Shown in pieces: positions 9,597 to 19,411 of a DNA stretch of 64,000 nucleotides. The DNA comes from Armatimonadia bacterium (GTDB taxonomy: Bacteria > Armatimonadota > Zipacnadia > Zipacnadales > UBA11051). The position numbers and the translations under genes were made by a program. Position 1 is the stretch's first letter. Each line of letters starts with the position of its first letter. The stretch covers positions 1 through 64,000 of the forward strand of contig JBDKRC010000323.1 of assembly GCA_039683575.1 (NCBI GenBank). The letters run 5' to 3'. Below the pieces are notes generated by a model. It was not told where the DNA came from and made no database searches. It was given only the letters and a program-made list of their open reading frames with translations.

Positions 9597-12527
9597 ATGG
9601 CACGCAGGCTCCTGATACTCTTCGCACTGGTCGTGGCAGTCCCGCTGTGGGCGCAGACCAAGCCCACTGCTTACTTCAGCTTTGAGCAGGACATGAATGG
9701 CGTCAAACCGCAAGGCAGTCTCGTGCCCGAGGTGCAGGGTAAGCCGGTGCTGGTGCCCGGCAAGATTGGGCAGGGGCTGCAGGTCGGGCCGACGTACGGC
9801 GTATTGAGCTGCCCCTCGGCCGGGGTGCTCAGGCCGGATGCGGGGACCGTGGAGATGTGGGTGAAGGCTGTGGACTGGGACTCGAGCGACCCGAAGTTCC
9901 ACGTCTTCTTTGACACCAGGGGCCAGGGCGTCCTCTACCTGTACGAGTACTTCAACACCGAGCGCCTGCTGATGCTGTGCGGGCCGGATGTGGCGGGGCC
10001 CTTGAGCAACAGCCAGCTCACGAGCGCCTTCAAGCCAGGCGAATGGCACCATATCGCGGGCACCTGGTCGCCGCAGGGCGTGATGGCCTATTTCGATGGC
10101 AAGCCCGCCGCGGCTATGCCGATACCGGGGCAGCTACCCAGCAAGGTTGGGGACTTCTTCCTGATCGGTGACGAGCCGTGGCAGTTCCCGCGCGAGAATA
10201 GCTCAGTCATTGACGAGGTGCGCATCTACGACCGGGCGCTGTCACCGGCCCACATCGCCGCCCATGCGGCAGGGAACTACGACTTCACGGTGCCGCTGAA
10301 GGCCGACTTGGCCACGCTGGACTTCGAGATTGACCCGGATAAGGGGACGGCAGACGTGTGGGTGGATACCGGTGGGGCGGATGTTGAGGACAGCCAGCTT
10401 ATAGGGCAGATCACGATCAAGCGGCCGGGAGCGCAGGAGCCGGAGAAGCTCGCGTCTCCCGCATTCAAGTCGGGCAAACAGCGGGTGACGGTGCCGATTT
10501 CAATCAAAGAGCCAGGAAGGTATGAACTGGCGGCGACGCTGGCGGAGAAGGGCAAGGAGAGCACGCCGGTTACGCTGCACAAGGACCTGATCGTGCCGAC
10601 GACGGAGTGGCTGGGCAACCAGATCGGACTCGAGGACAAGGTTCTGCCGCCGTGGACGCCGGTGGAGACGCAGGGGACCAACCTGCGGTGCTGGGGCCGC
10701 GAGTATAGCTTTGACAAGGCGATCCTGCCGACGCAGATCACGGCGGCGGGCAAGCCGGTGCTGGCTTCGCCCATTGCGGTGAAGCTTGCTGATGGGAAGC
10801 AGACTCGGACCCTGACTGCCCAGAGCGTGAAACAGGCAGGGACGCCGACACCGACGAGGGCCCGGCTGATGGGGCAGGCAAGCGCGAACGAGGGCGGCAA
10901 GGCTGCCACCTTCCGCTCCAATATGACTTTTGAGTATGACGGGCTGCTACGTGTGGAGATGACCTGCGACAAACCGGGAGACCTTGGCGCGCAGGGGCTG
11001 ACGATTGACAGACCCGTCAAGGCCGAGCACGCCCTCTATCTGCACCGCTACATCACGCGCTGGATCCCCAACTCCGGTTCGATGCCTGAGGGACAGGGCG
11101 TGATCGACAAGACGGCCTTCGTGCCGTATGCGTGGTTCGGCGACAACGACCGCGGGTTGTTCTGGTTCTGCGAGTCCGACGAGATGTGGCCCAATGGTCA
11201 GGCCGAGAATGCGATTGAGATCGTGCGCGAGGGCAAGCAGGTGGTGCTGCGGCTCAATATCATGGGGAAGGACCAGAAGCTGCCGGAGAACTGGAAGCTG
11301 GTCTTCGGCCTGCAGGCAACGCCGGTCAAGCCGCTCGACCCCGAACGCCGCACGTGGCGTATGACGGGGTCGTATGCCGGGGATAGGCTTCGCACACGCC
11401 AGAACATCCAGATCGTGTGGCCCAATCCCAAGCCCAAGAAGAACGACTCGCTGGCCGCGTTCGGCTGGCCCGAGGCCAAGGACCCGACGGCCTTTGCGCA
11501 GTACCTCAAAGAGCAGCACGACGCGGGCCTGATGGCGATACCGTACCTGTGCCTGACGTGGGTTACGGACGATACTCCCGAGTGGCAGTTCTTCCACAAG
11601 GAATGGGAGGGCAAGAGCTGCGACCCGAGCATCCCGGAGGCGGGCTGGCCGCACCAGTTCGCGCTGGTGTCGCCGGTGGGCAGGGGCTACTCGGACTTCA
11701 TCATGTGGAAGACGAAGCAGTTCATGGAGAAGTACCACATCGACGGCACTTACCATGACCAGACCCATCCGTACACCTCCACCAACACGCGCTCCGGCTG
11801 GGGCTACAAGCGCGACGGCAAGGAGTACGTCAGCTACCCGATCCTGGGCTACCGCGCCCTCTACCGGCGCAACTATGCCATGGTGAAGTCGCTGCCGTGG
11901 CCGACGTGGACGCAGGCGCACATGTCCGGCAAGGTCGTCGCGCCGGTGCTGGCCTATGAGGACACTTACCTCGACGGCGAGCACTTCCGTGGGGTGGTCA
12001 AGGACAGCTACATGGACGTCAGCACGCTCGACGCCTTCCGCGCCGAGTACATGGGCCGCCAGTGGGGCCTCAATGCGGTGTTCCTGCCTGAGTTCGACGC
12101 GGAAAACCGCCCCAAGGTCGAGCCGACGCGCGGCCTGATGGCCCTGCTCATGATCCACGACATCAACATCTGGCCGATCTGGTGCAACGCCAACGTAGTG
12201 TATGAGGCGCAGGCGGCGCTGGATGAGTTCGACTACGCCCATGCGGAGTTCATCCCGTACTTCGACCCGCAGCCGCCGCTGAGCACGAGCCTCAAGGACA
12301 TTCAGGCCAGCGCCTACATGAAGGCCGACGGCAGCGTACTGCTGGTGGTGGCGAACCTGAGCAAGGAAGACCGCAGTGGGGACGTAAAGATCAACCTGGC
12401 GCGCCTGGGCCTACCGGCCGCGAAAGCCATCAGTTGGCCGGACAAGGCGGCGCTGGGGATGAAGGACGGGGTGGTGAGACTGGACGTGCCGCGGCTGGGG
12501 TACCGGATGGTGCGGTTGGGGAAGTGA
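9597..12527 (+). CDS. Secreted LamG/ConA-like domain plus putative glycoside hydrolase (DUF6067-like)
   Basis: Signal peptide after an AAGGA RBS; GTVEMWVK, WHHIAGTW and IDEVRIYDRALS (LamG); DGTYHD in the TIM-barrel region. Confidence 0.7.
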   Translation: MARRLLILFALVVAVPLWAQTKPTAYFSFEQDMNGVKPQGSLVPEVQGKPVLVPGKIGQGLQVGPTYGVLSCPSAGVLRPDAGTVEMWVKAVDWDSSDPKFHVFFDTRGQGVLYLYEYFNTERLLMLCGPDVAGPLSNSQLTSAFKPGEWHHIAGTWSPQGVMAYFDGKPAAAMPIPGQLPSKVGDFFLIGDEPWQFPRENSSVIDEVRIYDRALSPAHIAAHAAGNYDFTVPLKADLATLDFEIDPDKGTADVWVDTGGADVEDSQLIGQITIKRPGAQEPEKLASPAFKSGKQRVTVPISIKEPGRYELAATLAEKGKESTPVTLHKDLIVPTTEWLGNQIGLEDKVLPPWTPVETQGTNLRCWGREYSFDKAILPTQITAAGKPVLASPIAVKLADGKQTRTLTAQSVKQAGTPTPTRARLMGQASANEGGKAATFRSNMTFEYDGLLRVEMTCDKPGDLGAQGLTIDRPVKAEHALYLHRYITRWIPNSGSMPEGQGVIDKTAFVPYAWFGDNDRGLFWFCESDEMWPNGQAENAIEIVREGKQVVLRLNIMGKDQKLPENWKLVFGLQATPVKPLDPERRTWRMTGSYAGDRLRTRQNIQIVWPNPKPKKNDSLAAFGWPEAKDPTAFAQYLKEQHDAGLMAIPYLCLTWVTDDTPEWQFFHKEWEGKSCDPSIPEAGWPHQFALVSPVGRGYSDFIMWKTKQFMEKYHIDGTYHDQTHPYTSTNTRSGWGYKRDGKEYVSYPILGYRALYRRNYAMVKSLPWPTWTQAHMSGKVVAPVLAYEDTYLDGEHFRGVVKDSYMDVSTLDAFRAEYMGRQWGLNAVFLPEFDAENRPKVEPTRGLMALLMIHDINIWPIWCNANVVYEAQAALDEFDYAHAEFIPYFDPQPPLSTSLKDIQASAYMKADGSVLLVVANLSKEDRSGDVKINLARLGLPAAKAISWPDKAALGMKDGVVRLDVPRLGYRMVRLGK

Positions 12528-12552
12528 AGTTTCCCGTTGGCGGCTGATTCAG

Positions 12553-12580
12553 GCAGGATATGGCGATGCGGTCGTTGAAT
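12553..12580 (+). promoter_or_regulatory. SigH-like promoter motif GCAGGA-N18-GAAT
   Basis: AGGA 12555-12558 and GAAT 12577-12580; the same motif recurs before three other DUF1559 genes. Confidence 0.55.
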
Positions 12581-12626
12581 CAGTTATCAGGTCTAAATCG
12601 CCACGATATCTTCACAGGAGGACGAG

Positions 12627-13310
12627 ATGCGTAAGGGCTTCACACTGATCGAATTGCTCGTAGTTATTGCGATTATCGCCATCTTGGCGGCGATCCTGTT
12701 CCCGGTGTTCGCCAAGGCTCGTGAGAAGGCTCGACAGACGAGTTGTTTGAGTAACCTCAAGCAACTCGGCACCAGCGCTCTGATGTATGTGCAGGACTAT
12801 GACGAATGCCTCTTCGGGCACATTCAGGGCACCCGCGCGACTTTCTATCCACCGTCCGGTGACTATCTAAACTGGCCGCAGCAGATCTACCCGTACCTCA
12901 AGAATGAGCAACTGCTGGCCTGCCCGTCGAACTCGACGGCCACCTTCGTGTACTCGGCTCTGATTCCCAAGGATTACAACTTCGGCTACGGCATGAACTA
13001 CTGGCTGACGTACTACTACTATGCCGCCACTCTCGCTGACATCAAGTTGCCGGCAGAGACGATCTGGTTTACCGACTGTAACTACTACCTGGTCTATCCG
13101 ACGTACTACCTGTTCACCTATCCCGCCGACCCCACGTACGGGCAAGCTGGCTCGGCACGGCTGCAACTGCGCCACAACGACGGCGTGAACTGCACCTTTG
13201 TGGACGGGCACTCCAAATGGATGAATCGTCAGACCATCGAGGGTGACATAGGCGGCGGCCCAACCGGGACCACCGCTAATGGTATCTCCAAGTTCTGGTG
13301 GGGGCGCTAG
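12627..13310 (+). CDS. Prepilin-type N-terminal cleavage/methylation DUF1559 protein with H-X9-DG motif (#1)
   Basis: [10 protein letters not shown] class III signal, [14 protein letters not shown] and [23 protein letters not shown]. Confidence 0.92.
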   Translation: MRKGFTLIELLVVIAIIAILAAILFPVFAKAREKARQTSCLSNLKQLGTSALMYVQDYDECLFGHIQGTRATFYPPSGDYLNWPQQIYPYLKNEQLLACPSNSTATFVYSALIPKDYNFGYGMNYWLTYYYYAATLADIKLPAETIWFTDCNYYLVYPTYYLFTYPADPTYGQAGSARLQLRHNDGVNCTFVDGHSKWMNRQTIEGDIGGGPTGTTANGISKFWWGR

Positions 13311-13332
13311 ACTCCAGACCTGGAGACGAATT

Positions 13333-13368
13333 ACGGGGGCAGGCTTAGGCCTGCCCCCGTTTTGCTTT
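13333..13368 (+). terminator. Intrinsic terminator between convergent genes
   Basis: ACGGGGGCAGGC-TTAG-GCCTGCCCCCGT followed by a T-rich tail. Confidence 0.75.
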
Positions 13369-13428
13369 ACGGTCCAGGGAGTGATGGAGCGACCTGCCAC
13401 GAGCAGCGGCACTCTGCCGGGTTCTGCC

Positions 13429-14754
13429 TCAGAACTCCGTCCCGCTGCTGAAGTTGAAGCACTCTATCTTCAGCGCCGGGCACCACACGTAGTCTGTGAG
13501 CTTGCCCTCGCGGGAGATGGCTGAGACGCAGGATAGGGCGTCCAGGATGCTTTGCGTGAAGCGCAGGTTCTTGATCCCGCCGACGATCTGGCCGTTCTCA
13601 ATCAGGAACGTACCATCGCGGGTCATGCCCGTGAAGACCGTCAGGATCGGGTGCACCATGTTGGTGTAGTGGAAGCGCGTGATGAGCAGACCGCGCTCGG
13701 TGCCGGCGATCATCTCCGAGACGCTGCTGTCGCCGGGGGCCACGAACATGTTGAGCGGCATCGGGCCCCAGTCGTTCGGCGCGGGGAGAGCGTGGCCGGT
13801 GGACTTGGTGCCCGCCTTGCCCGCTGTGTAGCTATCCCATACCACGCCAGCGGCCACCCCGTCCTTGATCAGGTCTACCCGCTGCTTGGGGAGCCCCTCG
13901 AAGTCATAGGCAAGCTGCTGGCCGCGTGGGTCGAGGCCATCGTCCCAGATGCTGATATTGTCCCCGCAAACCTTCTCCCCCATGCGTCCGGCCATGAACG
14001 TCCGGCCCTCCTGCATCGCCAGCGCCCCGAAGTCGTACAGCCCCATCATCCCGATCATGTCGCCGGCGGCCTCAGGCTCGAGGATCACCGAGTACTCTCC
14101 AGGCTCGAGGTCCTGAGGGTTGGCGGAGGCGCGGCACTTCTCGACCGCAATGCGCCCGAGCGCCGATGGCTCAATTTCTGCTACACGCGGGGAGACCGCG
14201 CGGGCATAGCCGGAACTGCTCTCTCCTGCCACAATCGCGCTCAACTCGGCGCCGGTCCGCGCCTGGAAGGTCCGCACACCGAGGGAGTTGGCAATCGCGT
14301 AGAAGCTATCCCCGGTGGCGAAGGCCCCGGCGGCGGAGAAGCCTTCGGCCGCGGAGAGTTGCAGGACCTCGGCGACCCCTGCGGCGCGCTCCTCGGGCGA
14401 ATAGGCTGCCGTGGCGGGGTCGCGGAAGTCATCGGGGCCGTCGTACGGCTGTGGCTCAGGCAGGGAGCGGAAATCCTCATCTGTCGCGGACAGGCGCGCC
14501 AGTTGGTAAGCTTTGTCAGCCAACTCCCGCAGGCCCTCAGGCGAGGTATCGGTGCTGGAGGCGACGCCGATTTGCTTGCCCACCACCGCCCGCACGGAGG
14601 CGGCCGTTTCCTGCTCGGCCACGTTCTGGTGGATAGTGTTGTTGGCGAAGCGGGTCAGCGCTGACAGGCCGCCGCTGAGGCGCACCTCGGTTTGATCGGC
14701 ACGGCTGGCCTGCAGGACGATATCGCAGAGCTCAAAGGCGGCTTCTCGTTCCAT
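13429..14754 (-). CDS. pmbA: TldE/PmbA family protein
   Basis: TRFANNTIHQN, DFEGLPK, STGHA and TGMTRDG...GGIKNLRF; lacks HExxGH; lies downstream of tldD. Confidence 0.85.
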   Translation of the reverse strand: MEREAAFELCDIVLQASRADQTEVRLSGGLSALTRFANNTIHQNVAEQETAASVRAVVGKQIGVASSTDTSPEGLRELADKAYQLARLSATDEDFRSLPEPQPYDGPDDFRDPATAAYSPEERAAGVAEVLQLSAAEGFSAAGAFATGDSFYAIANSLGVRTFQARTGAELSAIVAGESSSGYARAVSPRVAEIEPSALGRIAVEKCRASANPQDLEPGEYSVILEPEAAGDMIGMMGLYDFGALAMQEGRTFMAGRMGEKVCGDNISIWDDGLDPRGQQLAYDFEGLPKQRVDLIKDGVAAGVVWDSYTAGKAGTKSTGHALPAPNDWGPMPLNMFVAPGDSSVSEMIAGTERGLLITRFHYTNMVHPILTVFTGMTRDGTFLIENGQIVGGIKNLRFTQSILDALSCVSAISREGKLTDYVWCPALKIECFNFSSGTEF

Positions 14755-14777
14755 GTTTCACCACTGTTGTTTTGTAT

Positions 14778-14874
14778 CGCGTGGTAGGCACTTTGAACGC
14801 GTGGCAGGCATGCTCCGCATGCCGGACTAACGCAACGGGGTTCCGGCATGCGGAGCATGCCTACCACGCGTTCA
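14778..14874. repeat. REP family A inverted doublet plus a truncated copy
   Basis: Partial copy 14778-14790, full copy 14798-14826 (+), inverted copy 14842-14870; flanking TGAA/TTCA extend the inverted repeat. Confidence 0.9.
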
Positions 14875-14882
14875 GAAGAAGA

Positions 14883-16334
14883 CTACGACTTCATGACCCC
14901 GACGTGCACCTTGCGGAAGCGGGCGCACGAGGCGCCGTGGCCGACGTGAGCGGTCTGCCCGGGCTCACCCTTGCCACAGTTGGGCACGCCCCACATCATC
15001 CACTCGTCGCGGTTGCCAATGGCGTCGCAGGACTGCCAGAACTGCGGGGTGATGCCGCTGTAGGTGGCGTTCTTGAGCAGTTGTCCCAGCTTCCCGTTCT
15101 TGATCTCGTAAGCCATCTGGGTCCCGAACTGGAAGTTCAGGCGGCGGTCGTCAATGCTCCAGGAGGTGTTGGTGAGCAGGTACAGCCCGTCCTGCGTGTC
15201 CTCGATGATCTCCTGGAGCGTGGCGTCTCCGGGTTCGAGGTTGACGTTGGTCATGCGGACCAGCGGAATGCGGCTGTACCCATCGGCGCGCATGGCGCCG
15301 CTGCTGGACAGACCGATCTGCGAGGCCGTCTCGCGGGAGCTGAGGTAGCCCACGAACATGCCTTTCTCGATAATCGGCGTCCGCTGGCCGGGGACGCCCT
15401 CATCGTCGTAGGCGAAGCTCCCTAGCCCGCCGGGAACGGTCGCGTCGGCGTTGATATTGACGATATCAGAGCCGTAGCGGAAGTTGCCGAGCTTCTCGGT
15501 GGTCAGGAAGCTCGTGCCGGCATAGCCCGCCTCCATACCCAGCACCCGGTCAAGTTCGATGGGGTGGCCGCAGGATTCGTGTACCTGCAGGGCCAGTTGT
15601 GAGCCTTCGAGGATGATGTCTTTCACCCCGGAGGGGCACTGCGGGGCTTCGAGAAGCTCCACCGCCTCCCCGGCGATGCGCTCGGCGTTGTCCACGAGCT
15701 CCATTTCCTCGATCATCTCCCAGCCCCGGCTGCCCATGTTGCCGCCATGGGAAGAGGGGTAGGAGCGGACCTGGGTGTCGGAACCGTCGGCGGAGACGGC
15801 GCGAGCGTCAATCCCGCCGCCGGTCTCGAGACGCTCCTGCCAGATCTCTGAACCCTCGCTGGACACGAACAGCTTCTCCTCGCCGACGCAACGCAAAAAG
15901 CCGCTACGGACCTTCACCTGCTCTGCCCCGTGCATGGCCTGATCGCACTCAAGCAGGAGCGCGATGCGCTGCTCCAGGGGGACTTCAAAGGGGTCCCGCC
16001 GGGCAGTGTGGCTGAGGCGCGCGCGCACGGGCTCTACGCCCGATAGCACGATAGGGCTTTTCGAGGTGGTGGCGCTGGCGCGGGCAATGCGGACGGCAAG
16101 CTGCGCGGCTTCCGTCACGGACCGCTGATCGAGGTTGCTGGTGCCGGCGAAGCCCCAGGCGCCGCCTGCAATCACACGGATGCCAATTCCCTGGCTCCGG
16201 CTGGCGGACAGCCCGGTGACGGCGCCGTTTTTCACATGCACCTGCTCTTCGCGCTGGCTCACGAAGCGGGCATCGGCATAGTCAGCTCCGGCGGCTTTGG
16301 CGGCTTGTACGGCCAGGGGGGCGAGTTCTTCCAT
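14883..16334 (-). CDS. tldD: TldD metalloprotease
   Basis: HESCGHPIELD catalytic motif, YDDEG, RMTNVNLEPG and CGKGEPGQ; GGAGGA RBS before ATG 16334. Confidence 0.92.
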   Translation of the reverse strand: MEELAPLAVQAAKAAGADYADARFVSQREEQVHVKNGAVTGLSASRSQGIGIRVIAGGAWGFAGTSNLDQRSVTEAAQLAVRIARASATTSKSPIVLSGVEPVRARLSHTARRDPFEVPLEQRIALLLECDQAMHGAEQVKVRSGFLRCVGEEKLFVSSEGSEIWQERLETGGGIDARAVSADGSDTQVRSYPSSHGGNMGSRGWEMIEEMELVDNAERIAGEAVELLEAPQCPSGVKDIILEGSQLALQVHESCGHPIELDRVLGMEAGYAGTSFLTTEKLGNFRYGSDIVNINADATVPGGLGSFAYDDEGVPGQRTPIIEKGMFVGYLSSRETASQIGLSSSGAMRADGYSRIPLVRMTNVNLEPGDATLQEIIEDTQDGLYLLTNTSWSIDDRRLNFQFGTQMAYEIKNGKLGQLLKNATYSGITPQFWQSCDAIGNRDEWMMWGVPNCGKGEPGQTAHVGHGASCARFRKVHVGVMKS

Positions 16335-16535
16335 GGAATCCTCCGGTGAGGCTGGGAGAGAGGGGTACTCATCTCGAACAACGACGACAGCAACGTTGTC
16401 TATGTTCTGCAAACATGCCCTTGTGCGGGGACAACCCCTATACGTGAGTCTTCGGCGCTCAGAGGCACTTTCCCTTCCGCTGACGGGCTGCGTGAACCGC
16501 CCCAGAAAAAAAGTTGAGGGAATCTTGGGAACTAT

Positions 16536-16563
16536 GCAGGTCACATTTTTGTTCTCGGCGAAC
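16536..16563 (+). promoter_or_regulatory. SigH-like promoter motif GCAGGT-N18-GAAC
   Basis: Matches the motif found before DUF1559 genes #1, #4 and #5. Confidence 0.45.
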
Positions 16564-16645
16564 TACGCCTGACAGCGTGCTAACGCTGGAATACCCGGCT
16601 GTCGCATCAGTCGGGCAAACGCAGGTCCATCCAGGAGGAGTTTTC

Positions 16646-17302
16646 ATGCGAAGGGCCGGTTTCACACTCATTGAGCTGCTGGTAGTAATCGCCATCATCG
16701 CAATCCTGGCAGCCATCCTCTTCCCCGTCTTCGCCAAGGCCCGGGAGAAAGCCCGCCAGTCAAGCTGTCTGTCGAACATCCGGCAGATCGGCACGGCCAT
16801 GATGTCCTACGCCCAGGACTACGACGAGACCATGCCGCTTCTGTATACTGATCCCGCCGGGGACGGCGAGACCACCGGCGTCGACTACACCTGGCGCAGC
16901 GAAGTACTGCCCTACGCCAAGAACGCACAGATCTTCCAGTGCCCGAGCCTGAAGCAGTCCAGCGCTTTCAGCGGTGGCATGGATGCGGGCGATAACGCGG
17001 GCTATGCGATGAGCGCTGTACACTGGGTCAGCGGCAACTCGGAACCGGTCTATGCCCAGTCCCTGGGTTCGATCCAGTACCCCGCGTCGTGTATCCTGCT
17101 TGCGGATTCGGAGGGTAGCACATCTGGCTTCTCGAACACCGGCGGCGCCAATGCCCACGGCTTCGTCTACAGCGGCAATGCGTCCAAGCGCCACAATGAC
17201 GGCTGCAACTGGGCCTACTGCGATGGCCATGCCAAGTGGAACAAGCCGGCCAGCATCAAGTGCGCGAACGGCAACTGCGACTTCAGCATCAGCGGCAACT
17301 AG
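16646..17302 (+). CDS. Prepilin-type DUF1559 / H-X9-DG protein (#2)
   Basis: [19 protein letters not shown] leader and [14 protein letters not shown]. Confidence 0.92.
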   Translation: MRRAGFTLIELLVVIAIIAILAAILFPVFAKAREKARQSSCLSNIRQIGTAMMSYAQDYDETMPLLYTDPAGDGETTGVDYTWRSEVLPYAKNAQIFQCPSLKQSSAFSGGMDAGDNAGYAMSAVHWVSGNSEPVYAQSLGSIQYPASCILLADSEGSTSGFSNTGGANAHGFVYSGNASKRHNDGCNWAYCDGHAKWNKPASIKCANGNCDFSISGN

Positions 17303-17325
17303 CCAAACAGCCAACCTGATGATAC

Positions 17326-17365
17326 AAAGCGGCGCCTGAGGTTCAGGCGCCGCTTTTCTTTCTTT
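17326..17365 (+). terminator. Intrinsic terminator
   Basis: AAAGCGGCGCCTGA-GGT-TCAGGCGCCGCTTT followed by a T-rich tail. Confidence 0.85.
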
Positions 17366-17511
17366 CACAGTAAATCATTAGCATACCATCTTCAATATAA
17401 TATGGTTACGTTGCAGGATTCCCAACGGACGACAGACAATTGGCTCTGCAGGAGCGGTTGAGGCCGCTACACCGGCGTGTGGGCCGGAAAATGTCGTTGG
17501 GAGGAAATGTC

Positions 17512-18171
17512 ATGCGAAAGTCTGGTTTCACTCTTATCGAATTGCTGGTAGTGATCGCCATCATCGCGATACTGGCAGCCATCCTCTTCCCGGTGTTCGC
17601 CAAGGCTCGCGAGAAGGCCCGGCAGTCGAGCTGTCTGAGCAACGTCAAGCAGATCATGGTCGGTGTCCTGGCATACGCCCAGGACTACGACGAGTCCTTG
17701 CCGCTGTACTATGCTAACTGTGATGGTGACACGACCTTCAACGCGGGTGATTACAGTTGGCGCTCGCAGATTCTCCCGTATGCCAAGAACGCGATGATTC
17801 TCCAGTGCCCGAGCAAGAAGTTCACGTCCAATGCCTTCAATGGCGGCAGCGATAGCGCCGAGCTGGCAGGCTATGCGATCAACGTCGTCCACTGGGCCTG
17901 GGACAGTAGTGCCTACCCGACTGGCAAGTCGCTGGGCAGCATCGAGGATGCATCGAAGTGTGTTCTGCTGTCAGAGATAGACGGCGGCACCATCGGCTTT
18001 AGTGATGGCGAAGATGCGACAGGGCACGGCTTCGTCTATGGTGACGCGGGCGCCAAGCGTCACAATGACGGCTGCAACTGGGGCTTCATGGACGGTCATG
18101 CCAAGTGGTCCAAGCCCGCCGGCATCAAGTGCGCCTCCGGCAACTGCCAGTTCAGTTGCGGTGGCGGTTAG
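17512..18171 (+). CDS. Prepilin-type DUF1559 / H-X9-DG protein (#3), tandem paralogue of #2
   Basis: [18 protein letters not shown] leader and [14 protein letters not shown]; aligns with #2 along its whole length. Confidence 0.92.
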   Translation: MRKSGFTLIELLVVIAIIAILAAILFPVFAKAREKARQSSCLSNVKQIMVGVLAYAQDYDESLPLYYANCDGDTTFNAGDYSWRSQILPYAKNAMILQCPSKKFTSNAFNGGSDSAELAGYAINVVHWAWDSSAYPTGKSLGSIEDASKCVLLSEIDGGTIGFSDGEDATGHGFVYGDAGAKRHNDGCNWGFMDGHAKWSKPAGIKCASGNCQFSCGGG

Positions 18172-18192
18172 CCGCGCCGAGCTGGTGACCTT

Positions 18193-18227
18193 AGCGGCGC
18201 CTGAGCTTCAGGCGCCGCTCTTACTTT
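18193..18227 (+). terminator. Intrinsic terminator, duplicate of the hairpin at 17326
   Basis: AGCGGCGCCTGA-GCT-TCAGGCGCCGCT followed by CTTACTTT. Confidence 0.75.
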
Positions 18228-18308
18228 GGCCGGGGAGGGAACGCTGGTGGCGACGCGGAATGGTATCAGTGGCAGGCCAAAGGCTCGCCCTACCGCAGAT
18301 GGAGGCTG

Positions 18309-19340
18309 ATGATGGCACAGTTCAAGCGTATGCAGGTTCTGAACGCAATCTATGAAACCGGGCTTGTGCCCGTGTTCTACAACAAGGATGTTGAAGTCGC
18401 CAAGAAGATCGTAGATGCCTGCGCCGCCGGCGGCGCGAAGGCTGTCGAGTTCACTAACCGCGGCGATTTCGCCTACGAGGTCTTCGCCGAACTGGTGAAG
18501 TACTGCAAGGAGAACCGGCCCGAGATCGTCATGGGTGTCGGCTCGGTCATTGACGCCCCGACGGCGGCCCTATACCTCGCCAATGGCGCGAACTTCATCG
18601 TGGGCCCGGTCCTGAACCCCGAGGTGGCGAAGATCTGCAACCGGCGGAAGGTCTCCTATTCGCCCGGCTGCGGCAGCGCCAGCGAGATCTCGACAGCCGA
18701 GGAGCTCGGCTGCGAGATCGTGAAGGTCTTCCCCGGCGGCGAGGTCGGCGGGCCGAAGTTTGTGAAGGCGGTCCTGGGGCCGACCCCGTGGACGAGCATC
18801 ATGCCCACCGGCGGCGTCGACGCCACTGAAGAGAGCATCACGGCGTGGATCAAGGCCGGGGCCGCGGCTCTGGGCATCGGCAGCAACCTGATCACCAAGG
18901 ACATCGTCGCCACGGGTGATTTCGCGACACTGACCAAGAACGTCGAGCAGTGCCTGCTGTGGATCAAGAAAGCCCGTGGCGTACCGACGTTCCTGGGCAT
19001 CGAGCATCCCGGCATCTATCCGAATGAGGATGGCGGCGGCGAGGCCATGGCGCAGTGGTACGCCGACACCTTCGGCCTCAAGGTGACCGTCGGCAACTCG
19101 TCGATCTTCGTCTCCGGCCCCGGCAAGGGCCGCCTGGAGATCGCGAAGAACGCCCTGTACGACAAAGCTCACGTCTGCGTGCTGGTCTCGAACTTCGAGG
19201 CGGCGCTGGAGGAACTGCGGGCCAAGGGGTTCGATTTCGAGGAATTCGGCGAGAAGCCAGGGCTGAAGGCCGCGTACCTCAAGGGCACCGACCCCGCCGG
19301 ACACCGGGTCCACTTGCTGTGGAACCCGTCGGTCACGTAA
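18309..19340 (+). CDS. eda: KDPG/KHG aldolase fused to a C-terminal VOC (glyoxalase-like) domain
   Basis: EFTNR, GVGSV, VKVFP and IMPTGGV in the aldolase part; IEHPGI...WYADTFG...HVCV...DPAGHRVHL in the C-terminal part. Confidence 0.85.
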   Translation: MMAQFKRMQVLNAIYETGLVPVFYNKDVEVAKKIVDACAAGGAKAVEFTNRGDFAYEVFAELVKYCKENRPEIVMGVGSVIDAPTAALYLANGANFIVGPVLNPEVAKICNRRKVSYSPGCGSASEISTAEELGCEIVKVFPGGEVGGPKFVKAVLGPTPWTSIMPTGGVDATEESITAWIKAGAAALGIGSNLITKDIVATGDFATLTKNVEQCLLWIKKARGVPTFLGIEHPGIYPNEDGGGEAMAQWYADTFGLKVTVGNSSIFVSGPGKGRLEIAKNALYDKAHVCVLVSNFEAALEELRAKGFDFEEFGEKPGLKAAYLKGTDPAGHRVHLLWNPSVT

Positions 19341-19359
19341 TCCCACACAACACAAATAG

Positions 19360-19389
19360 AAACGCCCCCTCCGTCGGAGGGGGCGTTTT
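19360..19389. terminator. Bidirectional terminator
   Basis: AAACGCCCCCTCC-GTC-GGAGGGGGCGTTTT between convergent genes. Confidence 0.85.
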
Positions 19390-19411
19390 GGGTTCTGTAG
19401 ACTGACTTGAT

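Noticed and set aside
13429-16334. TldD/PmbA as a maturation protease for the flanking prepilin-like proteins or a RiPP
   Set aside because: The pilins have class III signals cleaved by prepilin peptidase, tldDE is on the opposite strand, and no precursor peptide or YcaO/radical SAM gene is present. Adjacency is expected by chance for an abundant family.
16564-16640. Riboswitch (for example c-di-GMP) in the 5' leader of DUF1559 #2
   Set aside because: Two small hairpins and GGCAAAC are present, but the GNRA/receptor and remaining consensus are missing.
17391-17417. dif-like site CTTCAATATAA-TATGG-TTACGTTGCAG
   Set aside because: The central region is 5 nt rather than 6 and the XerD arm matches poorly. 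It more likely belongs to the promoter region of DUF1559 #3.
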